Positions 37,152 through 46,558 of a stretch of 64,000 nt of DNA are shown here, in pieces. Each line of letters starts with the position of its first letter. The stretch's first letter is position 1. A model generated the notes under the pieces. That model ran no database searches. It saw only the letters and a list, made by a program, of their open reading frames with translations, and had not been told where the DNA came from. A program made the position numbers and the translations under genes. The stretch comes from Candidatus Peregrinibacteria bacterium (lineage in GTDB: Bacteria; Patescibacteriota; Gracilibacteria; UBA1369): NCBI GenBank assembly GCA_963708185.1, contig OY970195.1, forward strand, positions 128,001-192,000. Reading direction: 5' to 3'.

Positions 37152-38270
37152 TTAAAGTTGCTGATGGAGCACTTCGATGAGGTGTTTGGCAATGTCGATG
37201 GCCGCTTTCGGGTTTCCCAGTTTTTTGAGGTTTTTTTGATATATTTTATAGCTTTTCTGTATGGTGTGGATGCTTTTGGTGATCTGGGGGTTCCGTTTGT
37301 TTTCAATGACGCCGAGTTTGTATCTTTTGACCAGTTCGGCGTTGCCGCGTTCGTGGCGGGCGATGGTCGAGGTGATGATCATGGGTTTTTCCGCGGCAAG
37401 GCACTCCATGACGGTCGCCCCGCCCGCTTTTGTCAGGACGACGTCCGAAGCCTTGATGAAGTCGGGCATGCGGTCGGTCCAGCCCACGATTTTGATGTTC
37501 TTGTATAAGGCGTAACCTTCAAGTTTTGTTTTGATCTTGGCATCGCGGCCGGCGATGACGATGATGTTGCAGTGCTGGAAGTTTTCAAGCAGTTCCTCCA
37601 TTATTTTGATGTTGCGTTTGGGCTTTTGCGCGGTGGGCAGAAAAAGAATGGTGAACTGTCGGGGATTGAGGTTTTGTTCAATGAGGAATTTTTCGGTGTC
37701 GAGATGTTTGAGGAATTCCAAGCGCACGGGGAAGCCGAGCACGCGGATTTTCTTTTCGTCGTACCCGAGCTTTTTAATGGCCTCGGCCGTATCTTCGTTG
37801 GGCACGATCTGTTCGTCGGCGTTGCCGATGACCCAGGCGTTGTGAATGAAAATTGAGTCGGTGATGACGCTGATGAACTTGACGTTTGGGTTGTGTTTTT
37901 TGAGCATCCTGCGCATCAGATAATCCCAGACCGGGAAGGTCGAAACCACGAGGTCGGGATTTTTTTCTTTGATGAATTTTCTGACTTTACGGAGGACGAT
38001 GGCGTAGTTGAGGCGGTTCAACAGTTTCATTCGCCATTTTTTGTCCCAGGTCTCAAAAATGAATTCGCAGACAATGGGGGCTCTGCGGGAAAGACTGTCG
38101 TAGGTTTTCTGGCTGACGCGGTTGATGGATCGGCTGAGAATTTCCATGAGGTCCACGATTTCAACTTCATAGTCATGGTCGTAAAGGTGTTCGATGGCCT
38201 CTTTGATCGATTTGGCCGCGCTCATGTGCCCCTGGCCCATGTGAGCGCTCAGGATAAGTATTTTTTTCAT
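37152..38270 (-). CDS. Diacylglycerol glycosyltransferase (MGDG synthase/UgtP, GT28)
   Basis: GQGHMSAA, PDLVVSTFP, VITD...H..W, GFPV, TKAGGAT..E. Confidence 0.85.
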   Translation of the reverse strand: MKKILILSAHMGQGHMSAAKSIKEAIEHLYDHDYEVEIVDLMEILSRSINRVSQKTYDSLSRRAPIVCEFIFETWDKKWRMKLLNRLNYAIVLRKVRKFIKEKNPDLVVSTFPVWDYLMRRMLKKHNPNVKFISVITDSIFIHNAWVIGNADEQIVPNEDTAEAIKKLGYDEKKIRVLGFPVRLEFLKHLDTEKFLIEQNLNPRQFTILFLPTAQKPKRNIKIMEELLENFQHCNIIVIAGRDAKIKTKLEGYALYKNIKIVGWTDRMPDFIKASDVVLTKAGGATVMECLAAEKPMIITSTIARHERGNAELVKRYKLGVIENKRNPQITKSIHTIQKSYKIYQKNLKKLGNPKAAIDIAKHLIEVLHQQL

Positions 38271-38342
38271 GGAAAAATAAAAGCGCCTGTATTATAGCGC
38301 CTTTACATCTTTATGACTATATGGGCTCGTTTGTTGAAGCGT

Positions 38343-39203
38343 CTATTGCAGCATCCAGGGGTAGGTGATTTGGATGCGGGAAATGAGTGTTTCCGGCTTC
38401 ACGATACCGAGCTCGGTAATCATTCCGGTGATGACGTCGGGAGAAGTGATCTCAAAAGCGGGGTTGCGGATGGTGACGCCTTTCGGCGGGTTGTCCCAGA
38501 CCTCGTTCGGATCGCGTTCTTCGATGATCTCTTCAAAGCCATAAAGGGTTTGGGGATCGAATTTCCAGGAGTTGGTACAGGAGTATGAAGGTACGTGGAT
38601 TTCATTTGCCAGGGCGGCAATGGATTCGGTGCCGATCTTGTTGAAAATTTTTCCTTCGGCGGTGACGGCGTCGCATCCAAAAAGAAAGATGTCGGCTTTC
38701 TTGAGGAACATCCTGGCCGCGCTGTCCACAAAATGCACGACGGGAATACCCAGCTTCGCCACGTTTTCCGCGGTAATGCGCCCCTGGAAGCGCGGCCGCG
38801 TTTCGGTGTTGTAAACGGTGAATTTTTTCCCTTCTGCGTGGGCTTTGGCCAGAATGGCTTCCACGGTGGAGGAGTGGCAGTGGGTGAAGACGATCATGCC
38901 GTCCCGGATTTTTTTTGATCCGTACTCGGCGATTTTCTGCTTGGAGGTTTTAAAGTGATCCACGACGAAAGCGCTGACGTCGGGATTCGAGGCGGAGTTT
39001 TCCAGACAGTATTTGAGGGCGTTGCGCAGCGCGGGTTCGGTCGGACGGGTGGCGGTGAGTTCTTCCACGGCTTTTTGGAGTTCTTTGCGGTCAGTTGTCT
39101 GTTTCAATTTGAGCGCGAACGCCTCGACGGCGGCCACGGCGACTTTTTCGGCCCCCTGGATCTGGAGGTTTTTGATGTGTGCGATCGTTTCTTCGAACGT
39201 CAT
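38343..39203 (-). CDS. Ribose-1,5-bisphosphate isomerase (eIF-2B alpha family)
   Basis: IQGA, RPTEPALRN, THCHSST, ETRP, GCDA, NKIGT, NPAFE; co-oriented with AMP phosphorylase. Confidence 0.85.
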   Translation of the reverse strand: MTFEETIAHIKNLQIQGAEKVAVAAVEAFALKLKQTTDRKELQKAVEELTATRPTEPALRNALKYCLENSASNPDVSAFVVDHFKTSKQKIAEYGSKKIRDGMIVFTHCHSSTVEAILAKAHAEGKKFTVYNTETRPRFQGRITAENVAKLGIPVVHFVDSAARMFLKKADIFLFGCDAVTAEGKIFNKIGTESIAALANEIHVPSYSCTNSWKFDPQTLYGFEEIIEERDPNEVWDNPPKGVTIRNPAFEITSPDVITGMITELGIVKPETLISRIQITYPWMLQ

Positions 39204-39212
39204 GGAGATTGT

Positions 39213-39596
39213 TTAGGCAACCTTTTTTGTCTTCTTTTTGACCTCATCGCGGATTCCTTTCACGTCATGGACGCCTGATTTCGGTTCATGTTTTGCCTCG
39301 AATTTGGAGGCAGCGTTGTAAAGGTCCTGGCAATGGGTATCCAGTCTCTGGTTGAAGATTTCGAAGGCGTCATCGAGACTGTTGCCGAATTTGAGCATTT
39401 TTCCGGCATGAACGTTGCCGAAGTTTTCCTGTTCGGTGCGGATGCGGTGCATAGTGGCCTCAAGGAGGACCTTGAGTTCGGGTTCCTCACCGTAGTGGTC
39501 GGTGATCTCCTGAATTTTTTCTTCGGCGGCAAGGTTGATTGCCGTCATGAGTTCCTCCGGAGAGGAAATGTTTTGAGGGAATTCCTGGTTTTGCAT
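39213..39596 (-). CDS. Hypothetical protein
   Basis: 127-aa ORF filling the gap within the operon. Confidence 0.65.
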   Translation of the reverse strand: MQNQEFPQNISSPEELMTAINLAAEEKIQEITDHYGEEPELKVLLEATMHRIRTEQENFGNVHAGKMLKFGNSLDDAFEIFNQRLDTHCQDLYNAASKFEAKHEPKSGVHDVKGIRDEVKKKTKKVA

Positions 39597-39644
39597 ATGT
39601 TTTTTTGTTAAAAAAATATTGGTTTTTGTTTTGGAATTTTTTGT

Positions 39645-41132
39645 TTATTTGATGTGATAGACTTCGCTGGGGCTGACGTAATCGAGCGTGTTGTTCATGC
39701 GCATTTTGGTTTCGGCGTAGATGGTAAAGAGTGCTTCGCCTTTTTTGACCTTGTCGCCGATTTTTTTATGGATGAAGATCCCGGCGCCGGGATTGACCGG
39801 TGATCCGGCCATGCGGGCGTAGCGGGCGATGAGTTTGTTGTTGATGGAGGTTATTTTTCCTGATTTCGGAGCTTTGACGTCGCAGGTGACTTTCCCGGGT
39901 TTGAGCGGTTTTTTGTTGCGCCCCTGGGCATCGATGATTTCCTGGAATTTCTTGTAAGCTCGACCTGACTTGATGGCTTCCATGGCCATTTTTTCACCCT
40001 TTGCGGCGGTGGTTTTTCCGACCATTTCGAGCATGATGCCGCACATCCAGACGGTCTTTTTCAACAGATCCTGGGGGGCATCGGATTCGTTTTTGAGGAT
40101 TTTGAGGATATCGATAGCTTCAAGGACCGGTCCGATGCCGTCACCAATCGGTTGGCTTCCGTTGGAGAAGATGACCTTCACTTTCATGCCGAGCATGGCT
40201 CCGATTTTTTCGAATTTCTTTTTGAGCGGTAAGGCTTCTTTCGGCGATTTTACTTTGACGTCCGGACCGTAGGGAATGTCGATGAGTACGTGGGTCGAAG
40301 ATACGGCGTGTTTTTTTGCAAGGATCGAGGCCAGAAGCATGCCCTGGGGATCCAGGCTCATCGGGTTGCGGATCTTGATGAGTTTGTCGTCGGCGCTGGC
40401 GATGTCCACCCCTCCGCCCCAGCTGATAAAGCCGCCGACTTTCATGGCGATCTTCTTGAGTTTTTTCGCCGGAATCTTGACGTTGGCCAGGACTTCCATG
40501 GTGTCGGCTGTTCCGGCCGGACTGGTGATGGCGCGTGAAGACGTTTTTGGCATACGGAAACCGAGACTGGTCATGATCGGTACGGCCAGCATGGTGGAAC
40601 GGTTGCCGGGGACGCCGCCGATGCAGTGCTTGTCGACGACGATCTTGTCGTTGAATTTGATGTGTCCGCCGTTGTTGACCACAGCCTTGGTTAAGGCGAC
40701 CGTTTCTTTGTCACTCATGCCCCGGCAGAAGTTCGCGGAAACGAAGTAGGTCATTTCAACCTCCGACAGGCGGTCGGCGACGATGTCTTTGACGATGGTG
40801 TCGATCTCCTTGGCGTTCAGTTCTTTTCCATCGAGTTTTTTGCGGATGAAGAAGACGGATTTCGGTCGTTCCGCCAGGGCCATGGAAACGCGGCGGTCGC
40901 CTTTGGCGACCTTGAGCTTTTCCCAGGTTTCTTCGTAGAGACCGATTTCGTTGTCCTTGAGGTCATGGTTGAAACTGATGTCCAGAATCGCCACGGCTTC
41001 GTTGCCAGCGTTTTTCAGGAGAACGCGGTCGGAAGGGTGAAGATCCAACGTGTGGGCGGTCGTTTCATTCATCAGGACCACGAAGGTGTTTCCCACGCGG
41101 ATAGGTATTTTTTTCGGTCGAAGATAATACAT
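39645..41132 (-). CDS. AMP phosphorylase (archaeal-type NMP phosphorylase)
   Basis: N-terminal double-psi barrel extension, DKHCIGGVPGN, KTSSRAITSPAGTAD, QPIG.GIGP.LEA. Confidence 0.9.
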   Translation of the reverse strand: MYYLRPKKIPIRVGNTFVVLMNETTAHTLDLHPSDRVLLKNAGNEAVAILDISFNHDLKDNEIGLYEETWEKLKVAKGDRRVSMALAERPKSVFFIRKKLDGKELNAKEIDTIVKDIVADRLSEVEMTYFVSANFCRGMSDKETVALTKAVVNNGGHIKFNDKIVVDKHCIGGVPGNRSTMLAVPIMTSLGFRMPKTSSRAITSPAGTADTMEVLANVKIPAKKLKKIAMKVGGFISWGGGVDIASADDKLIKIRNPMSLDPQGMLLASILAKKHAVSSTHVLIDIPYGPDVKVKSPKEALPLKKKFEKIGAMLGMKVKVIFSNGSQPIGDGIGPVLEAIDILKILKNESDAPQDLLKKTVWMCGIMLEMVGKTTAAKGEKMAMEAIKSGRAYKKFQEIIDAQGRNKKPLKPGKVTCDVKAPKSGKITSINNKLIARYARMAGSPVNPGAGIFIHKKIGDKVKKGEALFTIYAETKMRMNNTLDYVSPSEVYHIK

Positions 41133-41167
41133 GACGTTTGTGTTAATTTTTATTTTTGATTTTCAGG

Positions 41168-42358
41168 TTATTTTTTGGCGAGTACCATCATCGTCTCTTT
41201 GGCAATCTGTTCTTCTTCGTTCGTGGGAACGACGAGGACACTCACTTTGCTTTTTTTCGATGAGATCATGAAGTCGTCCCGGGTGTTTTTTTGTGGATCG
41301 ATCATGACGCCGAGGTGGCTTAAATATGAACAGACGTCCCTGCGGATGTAGTAGGCGTGTTCGCCGATTCCCGCGGTAAAGATGATGGCGTCGAGTCCGT
41401 TCATGGCCGCGGCGTAGCTGCCGATGTACTTCGCAATACGGTAAGAAAGGATTTCAAAAGCCCGTTTCGCCCTGGGATTGTTCTTTTTCGCCGCGGCCCA
41501 CAGGACTCGGACGTCGGAACTGATTCCGGACATGCCTTTCAGTCCGGACCTCCCGTTGAGCATTTTTTCAACGGCTTCAGGTGTCTGGCGGTGTCGGGAC
41601 GTGAGATGGAAGACGATGGCGGGGTCAATGTCTCCGCTGCGCGTTCCCATGGGAATGCCCTCCAATGGCGTGAGTCCCATGCTCGTGTCTACGGATTTGC
41701 CGTTCACGATCGCGCAGAGGCTCGATCCGTTGCCGAGATGACAACTGACGATCTTTTGGGAAGGTAAGTTTTTTTTCTTTAAAAGTTTGATGGCTTTTTC
41801 ACTGACGTAATGGTGACTCGTTCCGTGGAAACCGTAACGGCGAATGCCGTCTTTTTCGTAAAGTTCATATGGAAGAGCGTAGAGAAAGGCTTTCGGTTGA
41901 AGTGTTTCGTGAAAGGCGGTATCAAAAACCGCGACCTGCGGAATGCCCTTGAGCAGTTTTTCGCAGGCTTCGATGGCTTTCAGGTTGTGAGGGTTATGCA
42001 GCGGAGCGAGTTCGCGCAGGTCGCGGATGGCTTTTTTGACCGCAGCGTTGATTTTTATCGCTTCACGATATTTTTCTCCGCCGTGAACTACCCGGTGGCC
42101 CACCGCGTCGATGACCTTAAGCGACTGAATGATTTTTAGCCCGGTCATTGATTTGAGGGCTATTTCCAGGGCTTCGCGGTGATTTTTGCATCGTACGTTT
42201 TTCTTGACGTTCTTTTTGCCGTTTTCGATGCGGAACTGACAGGTCGCAAGCCCGATGCCGTCAACGATGCCCCGGCACAGTTCTTTGAAATTTTTTGTGC
42301 TTTCGAGCAGCTGGAATTTGAGTGATGACGAGCCGGCATTGATGACAAGTATTTTCAT
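41168..42358 (-). CDS. ackA: Acetate kinase
   Basis: INAGSSSLK, HRVVHGG, APLHN, FDTAFH, GFHGTSH, HLGNG, TAGIGE, TNEE. Confidence 0.96.
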   Translation of the reverse strand: MKILVINAGSSSLKFQLLESTKNFKELCRGIVDGIGLATCQFRIENGKKNVKKNVRCKNHREALEIALKSMTGLKIIQSLKVIDAVGHRVVHGGEKYREAIKINAAVKKAIRDLRELAPLHNPHNLKAIEACEKLLKGIPQVAVFDTAFHETLQPKAFLYALPYELYEKDGIRRYGFHGTSHHYVSEKAIKLLKKKNLPSQKIVSCHLGNGSSLCAIVNGKSVDTSMGLTPLEGIPMGTRSGDIDPAIVFHLTSRHRQTPEAVEKMLNGRSGLKGMSGISSDVRVLWAAAKKNNPRAKRAFEILSYRIAKYIGSYAAAMNGLDAIIFTAGIGEHAYYIRRDVCSYLSHLGVMIDPQKNTRDDFMISSKKSKVSVLVVPTNEEEQIAKETMMVLAKK

Positions 42359-42364
42359 GGGTGT

Positions 42365-43381
42365 TTAGAGACCGAGTTCGTAGATGGCTTCTTCGCTTTC
42401 GCAGGTGGTGAGTGCGGAAAGGTCCGCAATGTCTTCAGCGGAACATCCGCGGGAAAGATCATTGATGGGTTTGGCGAGACCCTGGAGCATCGGACCGATG
42501 GCTTTGGCTCCGGCCAGTCTTTCCACGAGCTTGTAGGCGATGTTGGCCGCGTTGAGGTCCGGGAAGATGAGAATGTTGGCGTCGCCCTGGACTTTCGATC
42601 CGGGGAATTTGCTTTTGCAGACCCAGGGAACCAGTGCCGCGTCCACCTGCATTTCACCGTCAACTATAAGGTCGGGACGGCGGTCTTTGACGAGCTCCGT
42701 CGCTTCGCGGACTTTGTCGACCATGGGATGTCTTGCCGATCCGTTGGTTGAAAAAGAAAGCATGGCGATTTTTGGCGTGATGCCGAACCGTTTGGCCGTT
42801 TCCGCGGTGTCGATGGCGATGTCCGCCAGGCCGTGGGCGTCGGGATCGGGAGTGATGGCGCAGTCGGCAAAGAAGAGCAGCCTGTTCTCGAAAATCATGA
42901 AAAAGAGTCCGGAGACTTTATGGAATTTTTCTTTTGTTCCGATGATCTGCAGGGCTGGCCGTGCCGTCATGGCTGTCGTCCCCACGGCGCCGGAGATCAT
43001 GCCGTCGGCTTCTTTTAAATGCACGGCCATGACGCCCACGTAGTTGGGGTCTTTCATCAGCTTTGCCGCTTCGTCCTTGGTCATGCCTTTGTCTTTGCGC
43101 AATGCGTAGAGTTCTTCGACGTAACGTTCCAGAAGGTGGGCGTCCGTCGGGTCCATGATGCGGACTTTGTTGATATCGAGCTTCACGCCGAGTTCCTTGA
43201 TGCGTGCCTCCACCTCTTGGTGCGTGGCGATGAGAATGGGCTGGGCAGTCTGCTCTTCCAAGACTATTTCCATGGCTTTCAATGTTCGTTCATCAAGCGC
43301 CTCGGGGTAGGCGATGTAGCTTTGGATTTTTCGTGCCTTGTTTTTGATAACAGCCAGAAGATCTTTTTTTGTTTTTTCCAT
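42365..43381 (-). CDS. pta: Phosphate acetyltransferase
   Basis: FADCA, AMLSFST, DGEMQVDAA, FPDLNAANI.YK, NDLSRG. Confidence 0.95.
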   Translation of the reverse strand: MEKTKKDLLAVIKNKARKIQSYIAYPEALDERTLKAMEIVLEEQTAQPILIATHQEVEARIKELGVKLDINKVRIMDPTDAHLLERYVEELYALRKDKGMTKDEAAKLMKDPNYVGVMAVHLKEADGMISGAVGTTAMTARPALQIIGTKEKFHKVSGLFFMIFENRLLFFADCAITPDPDAHGLADIAIDTAETAKRFGITPKIAMLSFSTNGSARHPMVDKVREATELVKDRRPDLIVDGEMQVDAALVPWVCKSKFPGSKVQGDANILIFPDLNAANIAYKLVERLAGAKAIGPMLQGLAKPINDLSRGCSAEDIADLSALTTCESEEAIYELGL

Positions 43382-43466
43382 GCCTGTTTTTTTAATTTTC
43401 TCTATTTATATTTTACCACATTTTTATAACAGTGGCAAAGCCTCTTTTTTTGAAGCTTAAACAGTG

Positions 43467-44162
43467 TTATCCCTGCAGCGTAAAGCTCTTGATCCAGCTT
43501 TTGATGAGCATGCAGGTGATAATTGTTCCGAGTTTCCACCATGGAAGGTCGTGGCTGACGATTTCGATGTCGTTGCGTTTGATGGCTTCAAAGACCGACT
43601 CCACGTTTTTTTCGGCCCTGACAAGACTATAGGTGTCATTAACGTATTTGAGGATATGGTTGTCGGCGGTTCCGATGACCGGCTTGTTGTGTTTTTCAGC
43701 GAACTGGACGGCTTTTTTGTTGGGTCCGTTGAATTTTTTTGAGTGGTACCAGGAGTATTCGACGGCATCGAAAAGTCCGATGTGTTTTTCAAGGTCTTTT
43801 TGCAGTGAAATGGCTCCCGGGTAATAAGGATGGGCGGCAATGACCAGGCACTCGGGATGTTTTTTCCGGTACGCCGCGAGGTCGGCGAAGTTCTTGATGT
43901 TCTGCGCTTCCACCGTAGCGTTGATGATGAGGACGTGCTTGCGCAAAATGCTTTTTTCGATGCCCGGTATCAAAAGGATGCCCTTTTTATTGGCGTACTT
44001 TTTGAGATCGTCACTGAAAATAAGCGCATTGTGGCAGGTGATGCTCAGGACGTCGTAGCCGAGTCTTGCCGCTTCATCGATGAGCTGGTGTTCGGAATGT
44101 TTGACCGCATCGATAGGATCCTGCCCTGTATGCAGGTGAAAGTTGATTTTAAGCTTACGCAT
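43467..44162 (-). CDS. PHP-domain metal-dependent phosphoesterase
   Basis: FHLHT, ITCHN, PGIE, AHP, ADNH. Confidence 0.85.
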   Translation of the reverse strand: MRKLKINFHLHTGQDPIDAVKHSEHQLIDEAARLGYDVLSITCHNALIFSDDLKKYANKKGILLIPGIEKSILRKHVLIINATVEAQNIKNFADLAAYRKKHPECLVIAAHPYYPGAISLQKDLEKHIGLFDAVEYSWYHSKKFNGPNKKAVQFAEKHNKPVIGTADNHILKYVNDTYSLVRAEKNVESVFEAIKRNDIEIVSHDLPWWKLGTIITCMLIKSWIKSFTLQG

Positions 44163-44235
44163 AGAATAATTTTGCTGGATCAATCAGCCCGGACGCTTTC
44201 GCGTCGGACTCCTCCCTTCTTGGGGAGCTCGCTCG

Positions 44236-44469
44236 TCAGTGGGTGAGCTGGTTGAAATCGTCCACGGTCTTTACAACCTGTTGTGATTTTTCATCATAGG
44301 CCGCCTTGGTCTGGAGAACCTGCGTCTTGATGTTGTCGGCCTGTTGGGACATGCTGTCGATGGTTTGCTGTCCCTGCTGGCGAAGGTTGTCAGCCTGATT
44401 CTGGAGCTGTTGGCATCCGCACAAGGCCATTGCGCCGATAAGACCGGTGGCGAAAAGAATTTTTTTCAT
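44236..44469 (-). CDS. Small lipoprotein
   Basis: MKK, hydrophobic stretch and LCGC lipobox; Q-rich helix. Confidence 0.7.
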   Translation of the reverse strand: MKKILFATGLIGAMALCGCQQLQNQADNLRQQGQQTIDSMSQQADNIKTQVLQTKAAYDEKSQQVVKTVDDFNQLTH

Positions 44470-44786
44470 ATGGAAAAGAGTTCTTTAAAGTCTCCGTTGA
44501 ATTTGTTGAGGAAGTTGTGCATGTCCAGGACCTCGTTCGGATCAACCGAATCCGTGTTTCTGGTCTTGATGTTGAGGTTGGCGCTGTGTTCTTCGTTGTG
44601 TCCCACGATCGCCACGTGCACAAGGAGCTGGTTTTTGCAGTTGTAGCAGTTGAAATGAAACAGTCCTTCATTCTGGTAGGTGGAAATAACCTGGAGGTCG
44701 TTGTCCACGAATTTTTTGTGGCAGACGTTGCAGGGCACGGTTTTTTTGAGCTGTTTGATGATCTCTTTGAGTTCCGGATAGTTCAT
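44466..44786 (-). CDS. Hypothetical Zn-ribbon protein
   Basis: CNVC and CYNC pairs; C-terminal VLDMHNFL..FNGDF. Confidence 0.7.
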   Translation of the reverse strand: MNYPELKEIIKQLKKTVPCNVCHKKFVDNDLQVISTYQNEGLFHFNCYNCKNQLLVHVAIVGHNEEHSANLNIKTRNTDSVDPNEVLDMHNFLNKFNGDFKELFSI

Positions 44787-44868
44787 AGGGATGGTATTAA
44801 GAAATACATCCGCTTCTGTCCCTAATATGGCACCGTTTTTTTAGAATGTAAAGAGCTGCTGGATGCTC

Positions 44869-46446
44869 TTATTTCAGCTCTTCCAGAGCTTTTTCCAGCC
44901 GGTGGAGGGTTTCTTCCTTGCCGAGCGCCCAGATGACTTCGAAAACTCCCGGCGTGAACTGCTCGTTGGTCAGGGCGACGCGCACCGGCCAGAAGACCTG
45001 TCCGTTTTTGTATCCGAGTACGGCGACGACGTCCATCAGGCACTGTTTGATCGTTTCCATGTTTTCAAAGTCGTCAAGTTTCTGGAGCGCTTCACGGCTT
45101 TTTTGCAAAGCGGTGAGGGCGTGCTCTTTTTCCACTTTCATTTTGGGGTTGAGGAGCAGGGTCAGGTTGAGCGGTCCGGGTTCAAAATAAAATTTCATGT
45201 TCACTGCGCTTTCGGAAGCGTTCTTGAGGACCTTTTCCTCGATGGTGATGAGGGCCTTGTCCAGAAGTCCGCCCCGTTCGCGCCAGTCGGTGGGGATGTA
45301 CTGCTTGGCAAGTTCGTAGAGCAGTTCGCCCCGGACCTCAGTGAACATTTTCTGTTTTTCCGCGCCGGAGAATTTGAAGACCTTTTCGTGTTTTTCGTTC
45401 TCGGATATTTCGCAACTGCTCTCGATTTCTTTGGCGAGCTGTTCGAGTTTTTCGGAGTACTTTCGTTTGTTCCACTGGAAGTTGAACCAGTTGAGCTTTT
45501 CAAGGTCGAAAACCGCGCCTGCTTTATGGATCTGTTCAAGGCTGAACGATTGCACGAGTTCGTCGAGCGTGAAAAGTTCCTGTTCAACTCCGCCGCCGGG
45601 ATGCCAACCAAGCAGGGCGATGAAATTGGTGATGGCTTCGCGACTGTACCCTTTCTGGATGTAGTCCTCCACGCTGACGTCTCCCTGGCGCTTGGAAAGT
45701 TTGGTCTTGTCCTTATTGAGAAGTAACGGGAGATGTGCGTATTCCGGGGCTTTCCAGCCGAAGGCTTCGTAGAGATAGAGATGTTTCGGCGTCGAAGGGA
45801 GCCATTCTTCTCCGCGGATAACATGGGTGATTTCCATGAGGTGGTCGTCGACGACGTTGGCCAGGTGGTAGGTCGGGAAATTGTCGGATTTCATGAGGAC
45901 CTGGTCGTCGATGGTGCTGCTGCTGAAACTGACGATGCCGCGGATGTGATCCTTGAACATGAGTTTCTGGCCGTGCGGAATTTTCTGGCGGATCACAAAA
46001 GGGATACCTTCCTTGAGTTTGGCTTCGATCTCTTCCTTGGTGAGTTTGAGACAGGTGCGGTCGTACATGGGCGCCTGTTTGAGTTTTGCCTGTTTTTCGC
46101 GCATCTGTTCGAGCCGTTCCGAGGTGCAGAAACAGCGGTAGGCGGCGCCTTTTTCCATGAGGAGGTCGGCGTGTTTGCGGTAGATGTCGGTACGTTGGGA
46201 TTGCACGTAGGGGCCGAAGCCGCCGTCTTTTCCGGGACCTTCGTCGTAGGTGAGTCCAGCCCACTCCAGGGTTTTGAGAAGGTTTTCCACGGCTCCTTCC
46301 ACGAAACGTTTCTGGTCCGTGTCCTCGATGCGCAGAATAAACTTTCCGTTATTTTTTCTGGCAAATAAATAGCAGTAGAGTGCGGTGCGGAGTCCACCTA
46401 CATGGAGGTATCCGGTTGGAGAAGGGGCAAAACGCGTTCTTATCAT
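44869..46446 (-). CDS. gltX: Glutamate--tRNA ligase
   Basis: RFAPSPTG, HVGG, RIEDTD, YRCFC, IRGEEW, KLSKR. Confidence 0.96.
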   Translation of the reverse strand: MIRTRFAPSPTGYLHVGGLRTALYCYLFARKNNGKFILRIEDTDQKRFVEGAVENLLKTLEWAGLTYDEGPGKDGGFGPYVQSQRTDIYRKHADLLMEKGAAYRCFCTSERLEQMREKQAKLKQAPMYDRTCLKLTKEEIEAKLKEGIPFVIRQKIPHGQKLMFKDHIRGIVSFSSSTIDDQVLMKSDNFPTYHLANVVDDHLMEITHVIRGEEWLPSTPKHLYLYEAFGWKAPEYAHLPLLLNKDKTKLSKRQGDVSVEDYIQKGYSREAITNFIALLGWHPGGGVEQELFTLDELVQSFSLEQIHKAGAVFDLEKLNWFNFQWNKRKYSEKLEQLAKEIESSCEISENEKHEKVFKFSGAEKQKMFTEVRGELLYELAKQYIPTDWRERGGLLDKALITIEEKVLKNASESAVNMKFYFEPGPLNLTLLLNPKMKVEKEHALTALQKSREALQKLDDFENMETIKQCLMDVVAVLGYKNGQVFWPVRVALTNEQFTPGVFEVIWALGKEETLHRLEKALEELK

Positions 46447-46507
46447 GATAAAAAACAAAAATGAACGAAGTCATGATAGCAGAATGCGAAGATTTAGCGA
46501 GATCACA

Positions 46508-46535
46508 TTGACAATTTTCGGGTTCGTCCTATTAT
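46508..46535 (+). promoter_or_regulatory. Sigma70-type promoter
   Basis: TTGACA-N16-TATTAT, 23 nt before the receiver-domain ATG. Confidence 0.55.
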
Positions 46536-46558
46536 GCCTGCCACATTATTTTCATGTT

